In this document: piece after piece, positions 37,378-47,397 of the stretch
How positions within the stretch are numbered: the first letter of the stretch is position 1
Layout: the number at the start of each line of letters is the position of its first letter
Assembly (NCBI GenBank): GCA_029260015.1
Contig: JAJDEB010000008.1
Location: forward strand, 68,937-132,936
DNA from: Phycisphaerae bacterium
Lineage (GTDB): Bacteria; Planctomycetota; Phycisphaerae; UBA1845
Direction: 5' to 3'
DNA: 64,000 nucleotides
Position numbers and translations under genes: made by a program
The notes under the pieces: model-generated
The model's database searches: none
What the model saw: only the letters and a program-made list of their open reading frames with translations
Told to the model about the DNA's origin: nothing

Positions 37378-37967
37378 TCAATCCGCGTGGGCAATTTCGC
37401 CGATTGGCTTGCGAGATAATCTACACTCTTGCAGCCGCCGATCACTCCTGCTTTTGCCCTGACACCACGACCGTCATCGCGATCTCCAATACACGCCGCA
37501 ATGCTCAAAACGTGCGTTCTCAGCATGATTTAAGGGGTTTTTTGTGTGTCAGACACTGTCGGCATGAGCGTCGCGACTGGCCCGAATTCGTGCATCACAA
37601 TGGCCAGCGACATGGCTGCTGACGTTTGCAATCACCGCTCAATTCACCACCGCGACCGCGTCAGTATTCGCGCTGCAGTCGGTTGACCGCAACTCCATCA
37701 TGAGCGATCAACGCACGAGCGTCATGCCGTCGCGCGGTCTGCGCTGCGCCATTCCTCCAACGCCCGCCAAAATCGGTCGGGCATATGACCCCTATTTTTT
37801 TAGGGTTTTTTGGCTAAGAATTACTTGCCATAGAAGCCGATTTCCTCCAATGTATCGCGCGACGCAAATGGGCTTTGGAAAATCTTGCCCGCGTTGATGG
37901 GCAATGTTGGTTATTGAAACATGCCGGGAAGTGATCCTGGCGAAACGACAAGTATGAAAGGATTTGA

Positions 37968-38303
37968 TTGATGGCCAAGAAAAAAGCTGCTGTAAAGGCT
38001 TCAAAACCACGCACCAAAAGCGAAATCTATCGTGAGCTTTCGGAACGCACAGAACTCTCGCGAAAGCAGGTGGTGGCTGTGTTTGATGAAATGGCAACCA
38101 TGATTAAGAAAGACCTCGGCAAGCGCGGACCTGGCGTGTTTACCGTACCGGGCCTGATGAAGGTCAAAGTTGTCCGCAAGCCTGCCACCAAGGCGCGCAA
38201 GGGCATCAACCCGTTCACCAAAGAAGAAATGGTTTTCAAAGCCAAGCCGGCGCGCAACGTTGTCAAGGCGCTTCCGCTCAAGGCCATGAAAGACATGGTC
38301 TGA
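37968..38303 (+). CDS. HU/IHF-family nucleoid protein with a Lys/Ala-rich N-terminal extension
   Basis: HU fold motifs (LSRKQVVAVFDEMATMIKKDL; GVFTVPGLMKVKVVRKPATKARKGINPFTKEEMVFKAKPARNVVKALPLKAMKD) are preceded by MAKKKAAVKASKPRTK. Confidence 0.9.
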   Translation: MMAKKKAAVKASKPRTKSEIYRELSERTELSRKQVVAVFDEMATMIKKDLGKRGPGVFTVPGLMKVKVVRKPATKARKGINPFTKEEMVFKAKPARNVVKALPLKAMKDMV

Positions 38304-38323
38304 TCAATCCTTTGCCAATAAAT

Positions 38324-38369
38324 AAAACGGTGCGCGTCTCATTCGAGATGCGTACCGTTTTTTGTTTTT
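38324..38369. terminator. Bidirectional rho-independent terminator between HU (+) and the phosphohexomutase (-)
   Basis: Long hairpin 38324-38361 (AAAACGGTGCGC...GCGTACCGTTTT, with an inner TCTC-ATTC-GAGA), flanked by AATAAAA upstream and TTTTGTTTTT downstream. Confidence 0.8.
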
Positions 38370-38393
38370 ACTTCTTCGAAGTCGTCGAAATCG

Positions 38394-39743
38394 TCAATCC
38401 GTTGAATCGACGACCTTCCGAATTCTTTGAACCAATTCCTGCGCCGTCGCTTGATCCGCCCCTTCACCAATGATGCGCATGATTGGTTCGGTGTTGCTGC
38501 CCCGCACATGCACCCACCCTTCCGGCCAATCGATGCGCACGCCGTCGATCGTGCTGAGTTTCTGATCAGAAAATATCGCCTGCACATTCTGCAACACGCG
38601 GGCGATTTTATCTTTCGGACATTCCATTTTCGTTTTGACCAACTCGTAGCGCGGTGACTCTGCAACCAACGATGACAGCGATTGCCCCGACGCGGCGAGC
38701 AGGTCCAACGTCAGTGCCATCCCGACGATGCTGTCGCGCACATAGACGACGCGTGGATCAATGATACCGCCGTTGCCTTCGCCACCAACGATACACTTGT
38801 TCGCCTTCATCGTCTCGACAACGTTGGCTTCTCCCACGGCGCTGCGATGCACGCAAGAGTCGCCACCCATCTTCGCCGCGAGGTCATCAAGCATTCGCGA
38901 TGTGGAAAGGTTCGCACACGACGGACCTGGGGTTAGTTCAAGCACCCGCCGGGCGGCTAACACCAGCGTGAACTCTTCTCCGATATACGTTCCGTTTTCG
39001 TCAACGATGACCAATCGATCTGCATCCGGATCTTGTGCAAAAGCGACATCGATATTTGCAGATTTGGCGAACGCGCAAAGTTCGCCGAGGTTTTCTTCCA
39101 AGGGTTCGGGCGTGTGGGCGAACAATCCCGTGGGTTCAGGATTCAGATACGTTACTTCGCATCCCAACGATTCAAGCAGTTGCCGCGCAACGGGTTGCCC
39201 TGCGCCGTTGACGCTATCGAGAACCACCTTGAATCGTTTGGCCCGAATGGCCTCGACGTCAACAACCTTTAAAACCCGGTTCACATGAACGTCGATCGTC
39301 GATACATCCGAGGACATCTTGCCCACGTTCAGAGAATCAGCGAGTGAAAACGACTCCGATTTAAGGATGTCGATGATCTCCTGGGCCATCGTTGCAGGTG
39401 GAGCATGGCCGTCCGCCGTCAGGAACTTGATCCCGTTCCATTGCGACGGATTGTGACTCGCGGTCAGAACGATTCCACCGGCAGCTTGACGCTCCGTCAC
39501 CATGATGGCTGTGCTGGGAGTTGTTGCGATGCCCAGATCGATCACATCGCTTCCGCCAGCCAGCAAACCGCTCGCAACAGCATTGCGCACCATTTCACCG
39601 CTGGGTCGGGAATCTCTCCCGAGCACAATCGGTTTACCACCGACAAACTTCGCCATCGCGCAACCGGCTGACGCAGCCAGCTGCGGGGTCAGCGTTTGCC
39701 CAACAATTCCGCGAATTCCTGAAACACCAATCATCAATGCCAT
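38394..39743 (-). CDS. Phosphohexomutase (PGM/PMM/GlmM family)
   Basis: Active-site Ser loop LTASHNPSQWNGIKF, Mg loop AFAQDPDADRL, sugar loop GGEGNGGII, N-terminal GVSGIRG; 449 aa. Substrate specificity (GlcN-P versus Man/Glc-P) cannot be decided by eye. Confidence 0.9.
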   Translation of the reverse strand: MALMIGVSGIRGIVGQTLTPQLAASAGCAMAKFVGGKPIVLGRDSRPSGEMVRNAVASGLLAGGSDVIDLGIATTPSTAIMVTERQAAGGIVLTASHNPSQWNGIKFLTADGHAPPATMAQEIIDILKSESFSLADSLNVGKMSSDVSTIDVHVNRVLKVVDVEAIRAKRFKVVLDSVNGAGQPVARQLLESLGCEVTYLNPEPTGLFAHTPEPLEENLGELCAFAKSANIDVAFAQDPDADRLVIVDENGTYIGEEFTLVLAARRVLELTPGPSCANLSTSRMLDDLAAKMGGDSCVHRSAVGEANVVETMKANKCIVGGEGNGGIIDPRVVYVRDSIVGMALTLDLLAASGQSLSSLVAESPRYELVKTKMECPKDKIARVLQNVQAIFSDQKLSTIDGVRIDWPEGWVHVRGSNTEPIMRIIGEGADQATAQELVQRIRKVVDSTD

Positions 39744-39889
39744 GCTGCGATCGCCTTTCCTTTTTCGAGTGAGTCTTGTTGCAGATTGATACCCCGCACG
39801 ACTTCGCAGCCGATTATGAAAGATTCAGCAAGTGTTTGCCAGCGACTTGGTGTTTACGAAAAGAAGATCGATTTGATAAAACAAGATCG

Positions 39890-39930
39890 GGCCCGCGACC
39901 AAAGGGTTTATCCATTGGTCGCAGGGCCCG
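39890..39930 (-). terminator. Strong hairpin downstream of dnaA (possible terminator); the loop carries a DnaA-box-like TTATCCAT
   Basis: GGGCCCGCGACCA / TGGTCGCAGGGCCC stem (13 bp with one bulge). On the minus strand it is followed by the moderately T-rich GATCTTGTTTTATC. Confidence 0.5.
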
Positions 39931-40037
39931 AGGAAGCGATCGCTCCAGTTTCGCCCGGCATTCCGTGCCGCATTGCGCTACCGGGGCGCGCCCGTATGAA
40001 TTGTTTCCCCGTATAAATTGTTTCGGGGAATCCCCGA

Positions 40038-41483
40038 TTAGTTCGTTTGAGCAACCTCACCCGCAGATGATTTCAGCCCCAACTGCTTTTCCATCTCCGC
40101 GATGATTTCAACGAGGTTGCCTTCTTTTTCTCCGGCAGGCGTCATCCACTTGGCAATTTGTCCATTGTTGAGGATGTTCTTGATTCGACGGCACGCCAGG
40201 ATCACGGTTGAATGGTTTTTGTTGCCCATGAATCGCCCGATCTCCGGGAAACTCATGTTGGTGTGCGCCCGAGCAAGGTACATCGCAACGCCGCGGGCCA
40301 ACGCAATCGTACGCGTCTTACGAGATGTGTGCAGGTCGGCGGGTGCAAGCCCGAAGAAGATTGATACCGCACTTTCAATGTCGGTCAGTTTGATGACCGG
40401 CACGGTGTGTTCAATCAGATCACCCAGTCCGCGATGGGCAAGCGGCAGGGACAGCGGTTCACCACTGAGCCGGGCGAGCGCCACCAACTTGAGAAGCGCC
40501 CCTTCAAGTTCGCGAACATTCGCCTGGAAATTCGCGGCGATGTATTCGATGACCTCCGGACGAACCTCGAAATTCAACTTCGCGGCGCGCTTCTGCAGGA
40601 CGCCAACCCGTGTGGCATGATCGGGCGAATCGATTTTGACGACCATGCCCGCGATGAAGCGACTCACCAAATGTTCCGACAGATGTCCAATGAGTTTCGG
40701 ATGGGCGTCGGAGGCCATGACGACCTGCTTGCCGGACGCGTCTATGGCGTTGAACGTGTGCAGGAATTCTTCCTGGGTGGCTCGTTTGTTGGCGAAGAAG
40801 TGAACGTCGTCAATCACCAACACATCGAGGCGGCGGAATCGCTGGTGAAAGGCGTCGCGCTCGCCATTTTTTACCGCATAGACGAACTGATTCGTAAAGT
40901 CTTCGCCTGACACGTATTTCCAGCGCAGGCCCGGATGCTTCTCCTGCAACTCATTACAGATCGCCTGCAAGAGATGGGTCTTACCCAGTCCGCTGCCACC
41001 GTGGATAAAGAGCGGGTTGAACTGCGTACATGGCGACTCCGCGACCGCGCGGGCACAACTGACGGCCAAGCGGTTGGAATCTCCGACGATAAACTCGCTG
41101 AGTTTGCCTTGAAGGGTTTGCGGAGCTGCGACCGCCCCTGCCTTCCTGCGTTTGCGGGCCAATCGTTCGGGATTGTCTGCCGCAAATTTGGACTGCGAGT
41201 CAGGCTGCTTGCGGCGGAGTTCCTTGGCGATGGAAGGGTCAATCGAGAATACAATCTCAAGTCGCTTTGAGGTCACCTCCTCCGCCGCATCCTGAAGCGC
41301 CGTCATGAAGTGACGTTCAATCCATTCTCCGACAAACACATTCGGTACCTCAAGACGGACAAACTCATCGGCGATGGTGAATCGCGTGGCATTCTTGAAC
41401 CAGAGTTTGTAATCCTGCGCACCGATGCGCAAAGCAATGGCGTTTTCAAATTGACAGACCGCATCCGCAATCGATGAAAGCAT
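40038..41483 (-). CDS. dnaA: Chromosomal replication initiator DnaA
   Basis: AAA+ core (NPLFIHGGSGLGKTHLLQAI; LDVLVIDDVHFF; box VII/VIII context) and a C-terminal DNA-binding domain (RTIALARGVAMYLARAHTNMSFPEIGRFMG.KNHSTVILACRRI). The ATG at 41483 (MLSSIADAV...) has GGAGG 10 nt upstream. The ORF is open to 41546. Confidence 0.95.
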   Translation of the reverse strand: MLSSIADAVCQFENAIALRIGAQDYKLWFKNATRFTIADEFVRLEVPNVFVGEWIERHFMTALQDAAEEVTSKRLEIVFSIDPSIAKELRRKQPDSQSKFAADNPERLARKRRKAGAVAAPQTLQGKLSEFIVGDSNRLAVSCARAVAESPCTQFNPLFIHGGSGLGKTHLLQAICNELQEKHPGLRWKYVSGEDFTNQFVYAVKNGERDAFHQRFRRLDVLVIDDVHFFANKRATQEEFLHTFNAIDASGKQVVMASDAHPKLIGHLSEHLVSRFIAGMVVKIDSPDHATRVGVLQKRAAKLNFEVRPEVIEYIAANFQANVRELEGALLKLVALARLSGEPLSLPLAHRGLGDLIEHTVPVIKLTDIESAVSIFFGLAPADLHTSRKTRTIALARGVAMYLARAHTNMSFPEIGRFMGNKNHSTVILACRRIKNILNNGQIAKWMTPAGEKEGNLVEIIAEMEKQLGLKSSAGEVAQTN

Positions 41484-41852
41484 TGTGCATAGACCTCCAG
41501 CGCGTGGCAAAGCTCTTGCCGTTTGAAACGACGCGAGCGTCATCAAGGGTTATGATTGACAATAAATGAAACTATAAAGAATTCGGCACAGCAGTATTGG
41601 CAGTCGCCATTACTGGCCGTCGACTGGCACATCAACAGGGGCGAAATGTAACATAGAACTCAAGAAATCGTCAATAGGAATCTAGCGTTGAAACGTGTTT
41701 CACAACGACCCGCGCGCCTGAACAATAAATTTGATAAGTGGTTACCGTTTCAAAATTTTTTTGAAAACAACAGTTGTGCACAAAGTTCAAGCGCGCGTGT
41801 TGAAAAAGTGTGGACGCAGTGAAAATCAGACCTCTTTGTTCAAAAACACCCT

Positions 41853-42794
41853 TCATACACAGCGAATCCATGCCCGCCTGCGAGCACGTTCGACAAAGCC
41901 GGACTTCTCGTAAAGGCGACGCGCCGGCATGTTGATTGCGTCAACGGCAAGTGTGACTTGCGCAAGTCCCAATTCGAAAGCGCGGCGCTTTGCCAGTGAT
42001 AGCAACGACTTACCCAAACCGCGCCGACGACCGGTGGCGTTCACGCCCATGTACACCACTTCGAGCGCCGATCGATCGATCACGCTGGACGTCAACAAGA
42101 TGGCGACCGGGTTTCCTTCAGCCGCAATGACATAAAACCCGCTGGGATCATAGATTCCGGTCGACTTGTGTCCTGCAAACGCGTCGGCTGCGGTGCGAAG
42201 GGGTGTCAATGACGGGCAATCCAAGCTGTCAACGTAAGTGCTTTCAAGCGCTGCAAGAAAAAGTGATTCACATTCCTCATCGAATGTTTGCAACCTGAAT
42301 TGACTCGGCAGGTTAATGTTTTCGGTGCCCGAGTTTCCAACTTCGCAGTCCATATAGATAAGCTCGGCAAGATATTCAAACTGCAAGTTGGCGATCAATC
42401 GCGCCCGCCGGGTGTCAGCAGTTTGCAATAACGTTTGCAGGAGATTGAGTTTACGCTTTTTGGAGTGACCGATGATCGCTTCCAAAAGCAACGCTGACGT
42501 CGGACCGCCGGTGGCGCTCGGTCCCAGATAGACCAATGCACTTCGACCAGGCGACTCCATCATCAGCACCGCCGCTTGAATGACGTTCGCCAGATCCGAC
42601 GCAAGGAATACACTGGTCTTCACGCCGCTTGATCGTGACATGGTGTCGATACTGTGCCGTTGGGCTACAACCTCAGCCGATGCAGATTGATGGCCGGTCA
42701 GGGCGATGCAGAATGCAGTATCAAATGCCGAATCGGCAGGGCTTAGCTGCGAAATGGTCAGACCACCGGCAACTTGGAAAGGCTCGGTTTGCAA
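41853..42794 (-). CDS. Two-domain GNAT-family acetyltransferase
   Basis: C-terminal GNAT core VVYMGVNATGRRRGLGKSLLSLAKRRAFELGLAQVTLAVDAINMPARRLYEKSGF. The N-terminal half is a degenerate second GNAT-like fold (an inference from length and architecture). Confidence 0.7.
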   Translation of the reverse strand: MQTEPFQVAGGLTISQLSPADSAFDTAFCIALTGHQSASAEVVAQRHSIDTMSRSSGVKTSVFLASDLANVIQAAVLMMESPGRSALVYLGPSATGGPTSALLLEAIIGHSKKRKLNLLQTLLQTADTRRARLIANLQFEYLAELIYMDCEVGNSGTENINLPSQFRLQTFDEECESLFLAALESTYVDSLDCPSLTPLRTAADAFAGHKSTGIYDPSGFYVIAAEGNPVAILLTSSVIDRSALEVVYMGVNATGRRRGLGKSLLSLAKRRAFELGLAQVTLAVDAINMPARRLYEKSGFVERARRRAWIRCV

Positions 42795-42808
42795 TGAATG
42801 ATCGCCTC

Positions 42809-43315
42809 TTATTGCAGATAGAGATTCTTGGGTATTCGACTCGTAAACCCCGATACTGGTAGTTCTGACCGAGGGACGACTACTGCGTGAATGGGGCTGA
42901 CGATCGCCGGAGACTTCTGATCGTCTGAATCTGGGTAAATTTCGGTCACATCCACCTCAATTTTCCGATCGCCCATCCAGACGCTTTCGATCTCGATTCT
43001 GCATGATCTGCTCGATGCCGGCCCCATCGCAGCCAGCAGCACCATCTGCGAGTCAAAGTCCACATCCAGTTCCAACAACGGGAACTGAGACAGGGAGGGA
43101 TAATCGTAAATCACTATGCGAAGCGGTTTTGCAATTCTCGTTTGAGACTGTGAGAGTTCACCCAGTATCGGCAAATCATCACCGTGGGCGACGCCTTCTG
43201 GCAACTGAGAGTTGAGCGCGAGCCCCCTGTTGGATACGCATCCAAGATTTCCGACGACGCCGATCAAAAACAACGCGGTCAGTGATTTCGATCGACGACA
43301 CAACCATCGCTGCAT
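42809..43315 (-). CDS. Hypothetical lipoprotein-like protein
   Basis: N-terminal signal with Cys (LFLIGVVGNLGCVSN). No recognisable domain. It is 14 nt upstream of the GNAT gene on the same strand. Confidence 0.45.
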   Translation of the reverse strand: MQRWLCRRSKSLTALFLIGVVGNLGCVSNRGLALNSQLPEGVAHGDDLPILGELSQSQTRIAKPLRIVIYDYPSLSQFPLLELDVDFDSQMVLLAAMGPASSRSCRIEIESVWMGDRKIEVDVTEIYPDSDDQKSPAIVSPIHAVVVPRSELPVSGFTSRIPKNLYLQ

Positions 43316-43417
43316 GGTATCCTCCGATCAGCAAGTGGGAATGTGTTGCAGCCAAGACGCTTGCTTTTATAATCACTTTATTGGCAAGATGATAGCGATT
43401 TCCGGGATTCTGAAGGA

Positions 43418-43852
43418 TTGCGTGAGGCAAGCCTGCGACGAACGATTTTACTGTTGAGCGCGGGTTTCGGCCTGTTCGCGGGGTCGGGCTGCGTCAGTCG
43501 CGTTGATGCACTGACGCGGCAACTCGAATCTAAGGATCCGGCTGAGCGTATACGGGCCATTCACTCGATTGGTGAAGACCGTGTTGATGAATTGCTCCCG
43601 GTGTTGGTCAATCGCCTGGATGATGAAGATGTGGCTGTTCGGCTGTATGCGATCGTGGCACTTGAGAAACTGACCGGACAACGGCTGGATTATGAGTATG
43701 CTGCCGAGAGCAGTCGGCGTCGAGATGCAGTGGTCAACTGGCGAAGGTACATTGAAAAGCGGGCTGGCAAGATGGATCGGATCGCCAAGGATCGTTCGGT
43801 CGGTGTCGATTCCCCAGTTGAAGATCAAGCCGAAACCGATTCTGCCGGATAG
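43418..43852 (+). CDS. HEAT-repeat (PBS-lyase-type) lipoprotein
   Basis: Signal plus Cys (LLLSAGFGLFAGSGCVS). HEAT repeats (ESKDPAERIRAIHSIGE...LLPVLVNRLDDEDVAVRLYAIVALEKL). Confidence 0.65.
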   Translation: MREASLRRTILLLSAGFGLFAGSGCVSRVDALTRQLESKDPAERIRAIHSIGEDRVDELLPVLVNRLDDEDVAVRLYAIVALEKLTGQRLDYEYAAESSRRRDAVVNWRRYIEKRAGKMDRIAKDRSVGVDSPVEDQAETDSAG

Positions 43853-43936
43853 ATTGAAAGTGTTTGGATTCTGAAATAACCCAAACTAAGGCAAACACCC
43901 TATTTGCAGTCGCGACCAGAAGGACACAGGTTTGAA

Positions 43937-44278
43937 ATGAGCAACGGTTTGGCGACAGAAATCACGCGCAATGATGATCATCTTCTGATCGCAATGTCGG
44001 GCGAACTAACCATCCACACAGCGCCGGACTTTCACAAATCGCTATTGGATATGAACCAATCAAGCGGCGGCCATTGGGTATTCGATCTTGAAAAAGTATC
44101 CTACATTGACTCTGCAGGAGTGGGGACGCTGGTGGATCTTTTCCGTCGCAACAAGAAAAACGATTCCCGCATGTCGTTGGTCGGAATGAACAAACAAGTG
44201 CGAAGCGTGTTTGAAATTACCAAGCTCGATAATTTCTTTCCTATTTTTGAATCGGTGCAAGAAGCGCTTGATTCGTAA
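43937..44278 (+). CDS. STAS-domain protein (anti-sigma antagonist / MlaB-like)
   Basis: The STAS core LEKVSYIDSAGVGTLVDLFRRNKKNDSRMSLVGMNKQVRSVFEITKL lies immediately upstream of the MlaE-like permease. Confidence 0.8.
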   Translation: MSNGLATEITRNDDHLLIAMSGELTIHTAPDFHKSLLDMNQSSGGHWVFDLEKVSYIDSAGVGTLVDLFRRNKKNDSRMSLVGMNKQVRSVFEITKLDNFFPIFESVQEALDS

Positions 44279-44292
44279 GTGATCCGCCGTCG

Positions 44293-45144
44293 ATGGCTTC
44301 ATCAAGATTCAAACCGTCTCGAGTCCGCAGCGCCATCGAAAGTGTCGGCGCTGTCGGCGATCGATCAATCAACCAGATGGGGCAATTCGTTCGCGACATT
44401 GGCGGGATGGCCTACTTATTGGGCGATACCCTTGTCTGGGCCGCAAAGGGGCTGTTCTATCGACGACTCAAATTCGGTTGGGGATCATTGACCGACCAGA
44501 TGGTCCGCGTGGGCGTCAAGAGCATCGGCATCGTTGTGCTCGTTCAGGCGTTCATCGGTTGCATCCTTGCCTTGCAACTCGCCCCCACTTTGGAAAGCTA
44601 TGGCCAACTGGAAAAAATCGCCGATGTCGTGGCGATTGCCATCGTGCGTGAGTTGGGGCCGCTTATTACCGCGATCGTCTTGAGCGGTTATGCCGGCGCG
44701 TCGATTGCGGCTGAGATCGGTTCGATGGTCGAAGCCGAGGAAGTCAAAGCCCTCCGCGCTCACGCGCTGAATCCGATTCGCTTTTTGATTGTCCCGCGAT
44801 TCCTGGCGACAACGATCATGATTGTCGGTCTGACAGTGATTGCCGACACGGTGGGCATTGCGGGAGGGTTACTCACGGCGTGGGCGGCGCTGGGCATCTC
44901 TCCCGAGGCTTATCTGGCATCTACGCAAATCGCGATCGTCGTTCGAGATTTTCTGACCGGACTCAGCAAGGCTTGCATCTTCGGCATGTTGGTGTCGATG
45001 ATCGCGTGTTATGAGGGGCTGACTGTTTCAGGTGGTGCGGTCGGTGTTGGTAAGGCGACAACGGCAACTGTGGTCAAATCGATTGTCGCGATCATTGGCA
45101 TGGACGCGGTGTTCACTTCGATTTTTTATGTGTTCGGACTGTAG
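44293..45144 (+). CDS. mlaE: MlaE-family ABC permease
   Basis: The family-defining stretch VRELGPLITAIVLSGYAGASIAAEIGSMVEAEEVKALRAHALNPIRFLIVPRFLA is present, along with five or so TM helices. Confidence 0.9.
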   Translation: MASSRFKPSRVRSAIESVGAVGDRSINQMGQFVRDIGGMAYLLGDTLVWAAKGLFYRRLKFGWGSLTDQMVRVGVKSIGIVVLVQAFIGCILALQLAPTLESYGQLEKIADVVAIAIVRELGPLITAIVLSGYAGASIAAEIGSMVEAEEVKALRAHALNPIRFLIVPRFLATTIMIVGLTVIADTVGIAGGLLTAWAALGISPEAYLASTQIAIVVRDFLTGLSKACIFGMLVSMIACYEGLTVSGGAVGVGKATTATVVKSIVAIIGMDAVFTSIFYVFGL

Positions 45145-45167
45145 AACTCAGAACGGTTCCACTGGTA

Positions 45168-46058
45168 ATGACAATGGACGCCCCAACTGACGACGTGGTT
45201 ATTTCGCTCAGCAATGTGCGGAAGTCGTTTGAAGATCACGAAGGAAACGACCATGTCGTTTTGGATTCCGTCACGTTTGATATTCATCGCGGCGAAACGC
45301 TGGTGGTCATGGGCGGCAGCGGATGTGGTAAGAGCACCCTGCTAAATTGCATGATTGGCGAATATGAAATCGATTCGGGATCGATCAAATTTCGCACGCG
45401 CGACATGAATCGCCTCGCCGATATTGCCACGCTGAGCGATGAGGCATTCAACGACATTCGCAAGCGTTACGGGATTCTGTTCCAAAGCGGCGCCCTGTTC
45501 AATTCGCTGACACTCGCTGAGAACATCGCCCTACCGCTCGAAGAACATTCGTATGTCGATCCTTCGATCATCGACATCGTGGTCACCCTAAAACTTCAGC
45601 AGGTTAAGATGCTCGCCCACCGCGACAAAATGCCGTCGCAACTCTCTGGCGGGCAGAAGAAGCGGGCGGGGTTGGCGCGTGCGACGGCGCTCGATCCGGA
45701 AATTCTATTCTACGACGAACCCTCTGCCGGTCTCGACCCGGTGACTTCGACGGCGATCGACGAGTTGATGATGGACCTGTCTCAAAAACTGCGCGTGACG
45801 AGTGTGGTGGTCACGCATGAAATGGATTCGGCGTTTCGCATCGCTGACCGCATGGTCATGCTCGACAAGGGGCGCGTGTTAAAAATCGGCAACCGAAGCG
45901 ATTTTGAATTGCTCCGCGACGCGAATCCCCTAGAGTTAAGCCGTTCGGATGATCGATTGATGAATCAATTTTTGAACGGACACGGTGAGGGACCGCTGAC
46001 GGATGCGGAGGGCCTCAGCGAATTTGAGAAGTTAATCAAGACATCATCGGGCGGCTAA
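45168..46058 (+). CDS. mlaF: MlaF-family ABC ATPase
   Basis: Walker A GGSGCGKSTLL, Q-loop, signature LSGGQKKRAGLARA, Walker B ILFYDEPSAGLD, H-loop VVVTHE. Confidence 0.9.
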   Translation: MTMDAPTDDVVISLSNVRKSFEDHEGNDHVVLDSVTFDIHRGETLVVMGGSGCGKSTLLNCMIGEYEIDSGSIKFRTRDMNRLADIATLSDEAFNDIRKRYGILFQSGALFNSLTLAENIALPLEEHSYVDPSIIDIVVTLKLQQVKMLAHRDKMPSQLSGGQKKRAGLARATALDPEILFYDEPSAGLDPVTSTAIDELMMDLSQKLRVTSVVVTHEMDSAFRIADRMVMLDKGRVLKIGNRSDFELLRDANPLELSRSDDRLMNQFLNGHGEGPLTDAEGLSEFEKLIKTSSGG

Positions 46059-46085
46059 ACTGTTTAATCTGATCGAATTGACGAC

Positions 46086-47351
46086 ATGGCAAAGAAACGA
46101 AACACATTTACGCTCGGACTGACGCTGTTGGTGATGTTTGGCGTGTTCGTCGGGTTCATGTTGTTCGTCGGCGCGCAAGGTATCTTCAATCCACCCACTC
46201 AGGAATTCGTGGTTCGCTTTGGCCTTGGGGCAGCGATGCCCGAAATCGTTAAAGGTTCGCGGGTCAACTGCTTCGGGCAAGCCGTCGGTAAAGTCGTCGA
46301 CACCGTGTTCGTCGAAGCGCCCGATCCGACCGGGCGCTCCAAGGAAGATCAACCGTATCTGGAGGTTCGAGCCACCGCCCTTGAAGCGTTGAATCTGCGT
46401 TCCGACTGTCGCATCATTTCGACGGGTCCACCGCTTGGTGGTAAAGGCGTGATCGAAATCGTCAATCGCGGTGTCAGTGAAAAACCGCTCGATCCTGAAT
46501 CGATTGTGTATGGTTCCGTCACCGGTTTTCAGGAGGTGCTGGCCACCGTCACCCGCGAGTTGGACGATATGAATCCGACTGGACTGCTGCGGATGGTTAA
46601 ATCAGAATTCGACGTCAGAGATAAGAATTCATTGCTGGCCAATGTTCATGCGTCGACGCGAGACATCAATCGCATCACCCGCAGCCTCGCTTTGGAGATG
46701 ACCCGCGACAAGGAAGAACATCTGCTGCACAAGCTGCACCTCAGCATGGACAAGGTCAACCACGGACTGCAAGAGCTCGTCGCCCTTTTGGAAGAAACCC
46801 GCCCCACCATCCACCGGACGCTGAACTCGGCGGAACAGGCGCTGGTCAAAATCGATACGCAGATCATCGACAGCCTCGTCAAGGAATTTAACCCGAACCA
46901 CAAAGCCGGAACGCTCGCGCAGATTCATATTGCGTTTGAAAAACTCAACGGCTCTCTCGACGATGTCAACGCCATCAGTTCGACGACCAAAGGCGTGATC
47001 GTTCTAAATCGCGACCGAATCGACGAGTTGGTGCAAAATGCGTCGGAGGCGGGGATGCTGCTGCGGGGTGGCATCAAGGATCTGACGCTGCACCCGTGGA
47101 AAGCCTTCCTGAAACCGACTAAATCTGAGCTTCGCGAACTTAACATGTTCAACGTCGCTCGCGAATTTGCGGCGGCTTCTGCCCACCTGGACGATTCGAC
47201 GTCTCGCTTGAAATCACTGGTCGATCTGCATGGTACGGCGATCGATCGCGATGACACGCAGCTTATGAACATCCAAGCCGACCTGGCAGAAAGCGTCAAG
47301 AAATATCGTCAAGCCGAGCAGGCGCTTTGGGAACTCCTGAACAAACGATAA
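46086..47351 (+). CDS. mlaD: MlaD/MCE-domain protein with a long helical C-terminal extension
   Basis: N-terminal TM (LGLTLLVMFGVFVGFMLFV). MCE core (FVVRFGLGAAMPEIVKGSRVNCFGQAVGKVVDTVF). About 250 aa of helical sequence follow. Confidence 0.75.
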   Translation: MAKKRNTFTLGLTLLVMFGVFVGFMLFVGAQGIFNPPTQEFVVRFGLGAAMPEIVKGSRVNCFGQAVGKVVDTVFVEAPDPTGRSKEDQPYLEVRATALEALNLRSDCRIISTGPPLGGKGVIEIVNRGVSEKPLDPESIVYGSVTGFQEVLATVTRELDDMNPTGLLRMVKSEFDVRDKNSLLANVHASTRDINRITRSLALEMTRDKEEHLLHKLHLSMDKVNHGLQELVALLEETRPTIHRTLNSAEQALVKIDTQIIDSLVKEFNPNHKAGTLAQIHIAFEKLNGSLDDVNAISSTTKGVIVLNRDRIDELVQNASEAGMLLRGGIKDLTLHPWKAFLKPTKSELRELNMFNVAREFAAASAHLDDSTSRLKSLVDLHGTAIDRDDTQLMNIQADLAESVKKYRQAEQALWELLNKR

Positions 47352-47397
47352 TCACCCGCGCACTTGCAGCCATCCGCACAAACCGCACAATCCCACT

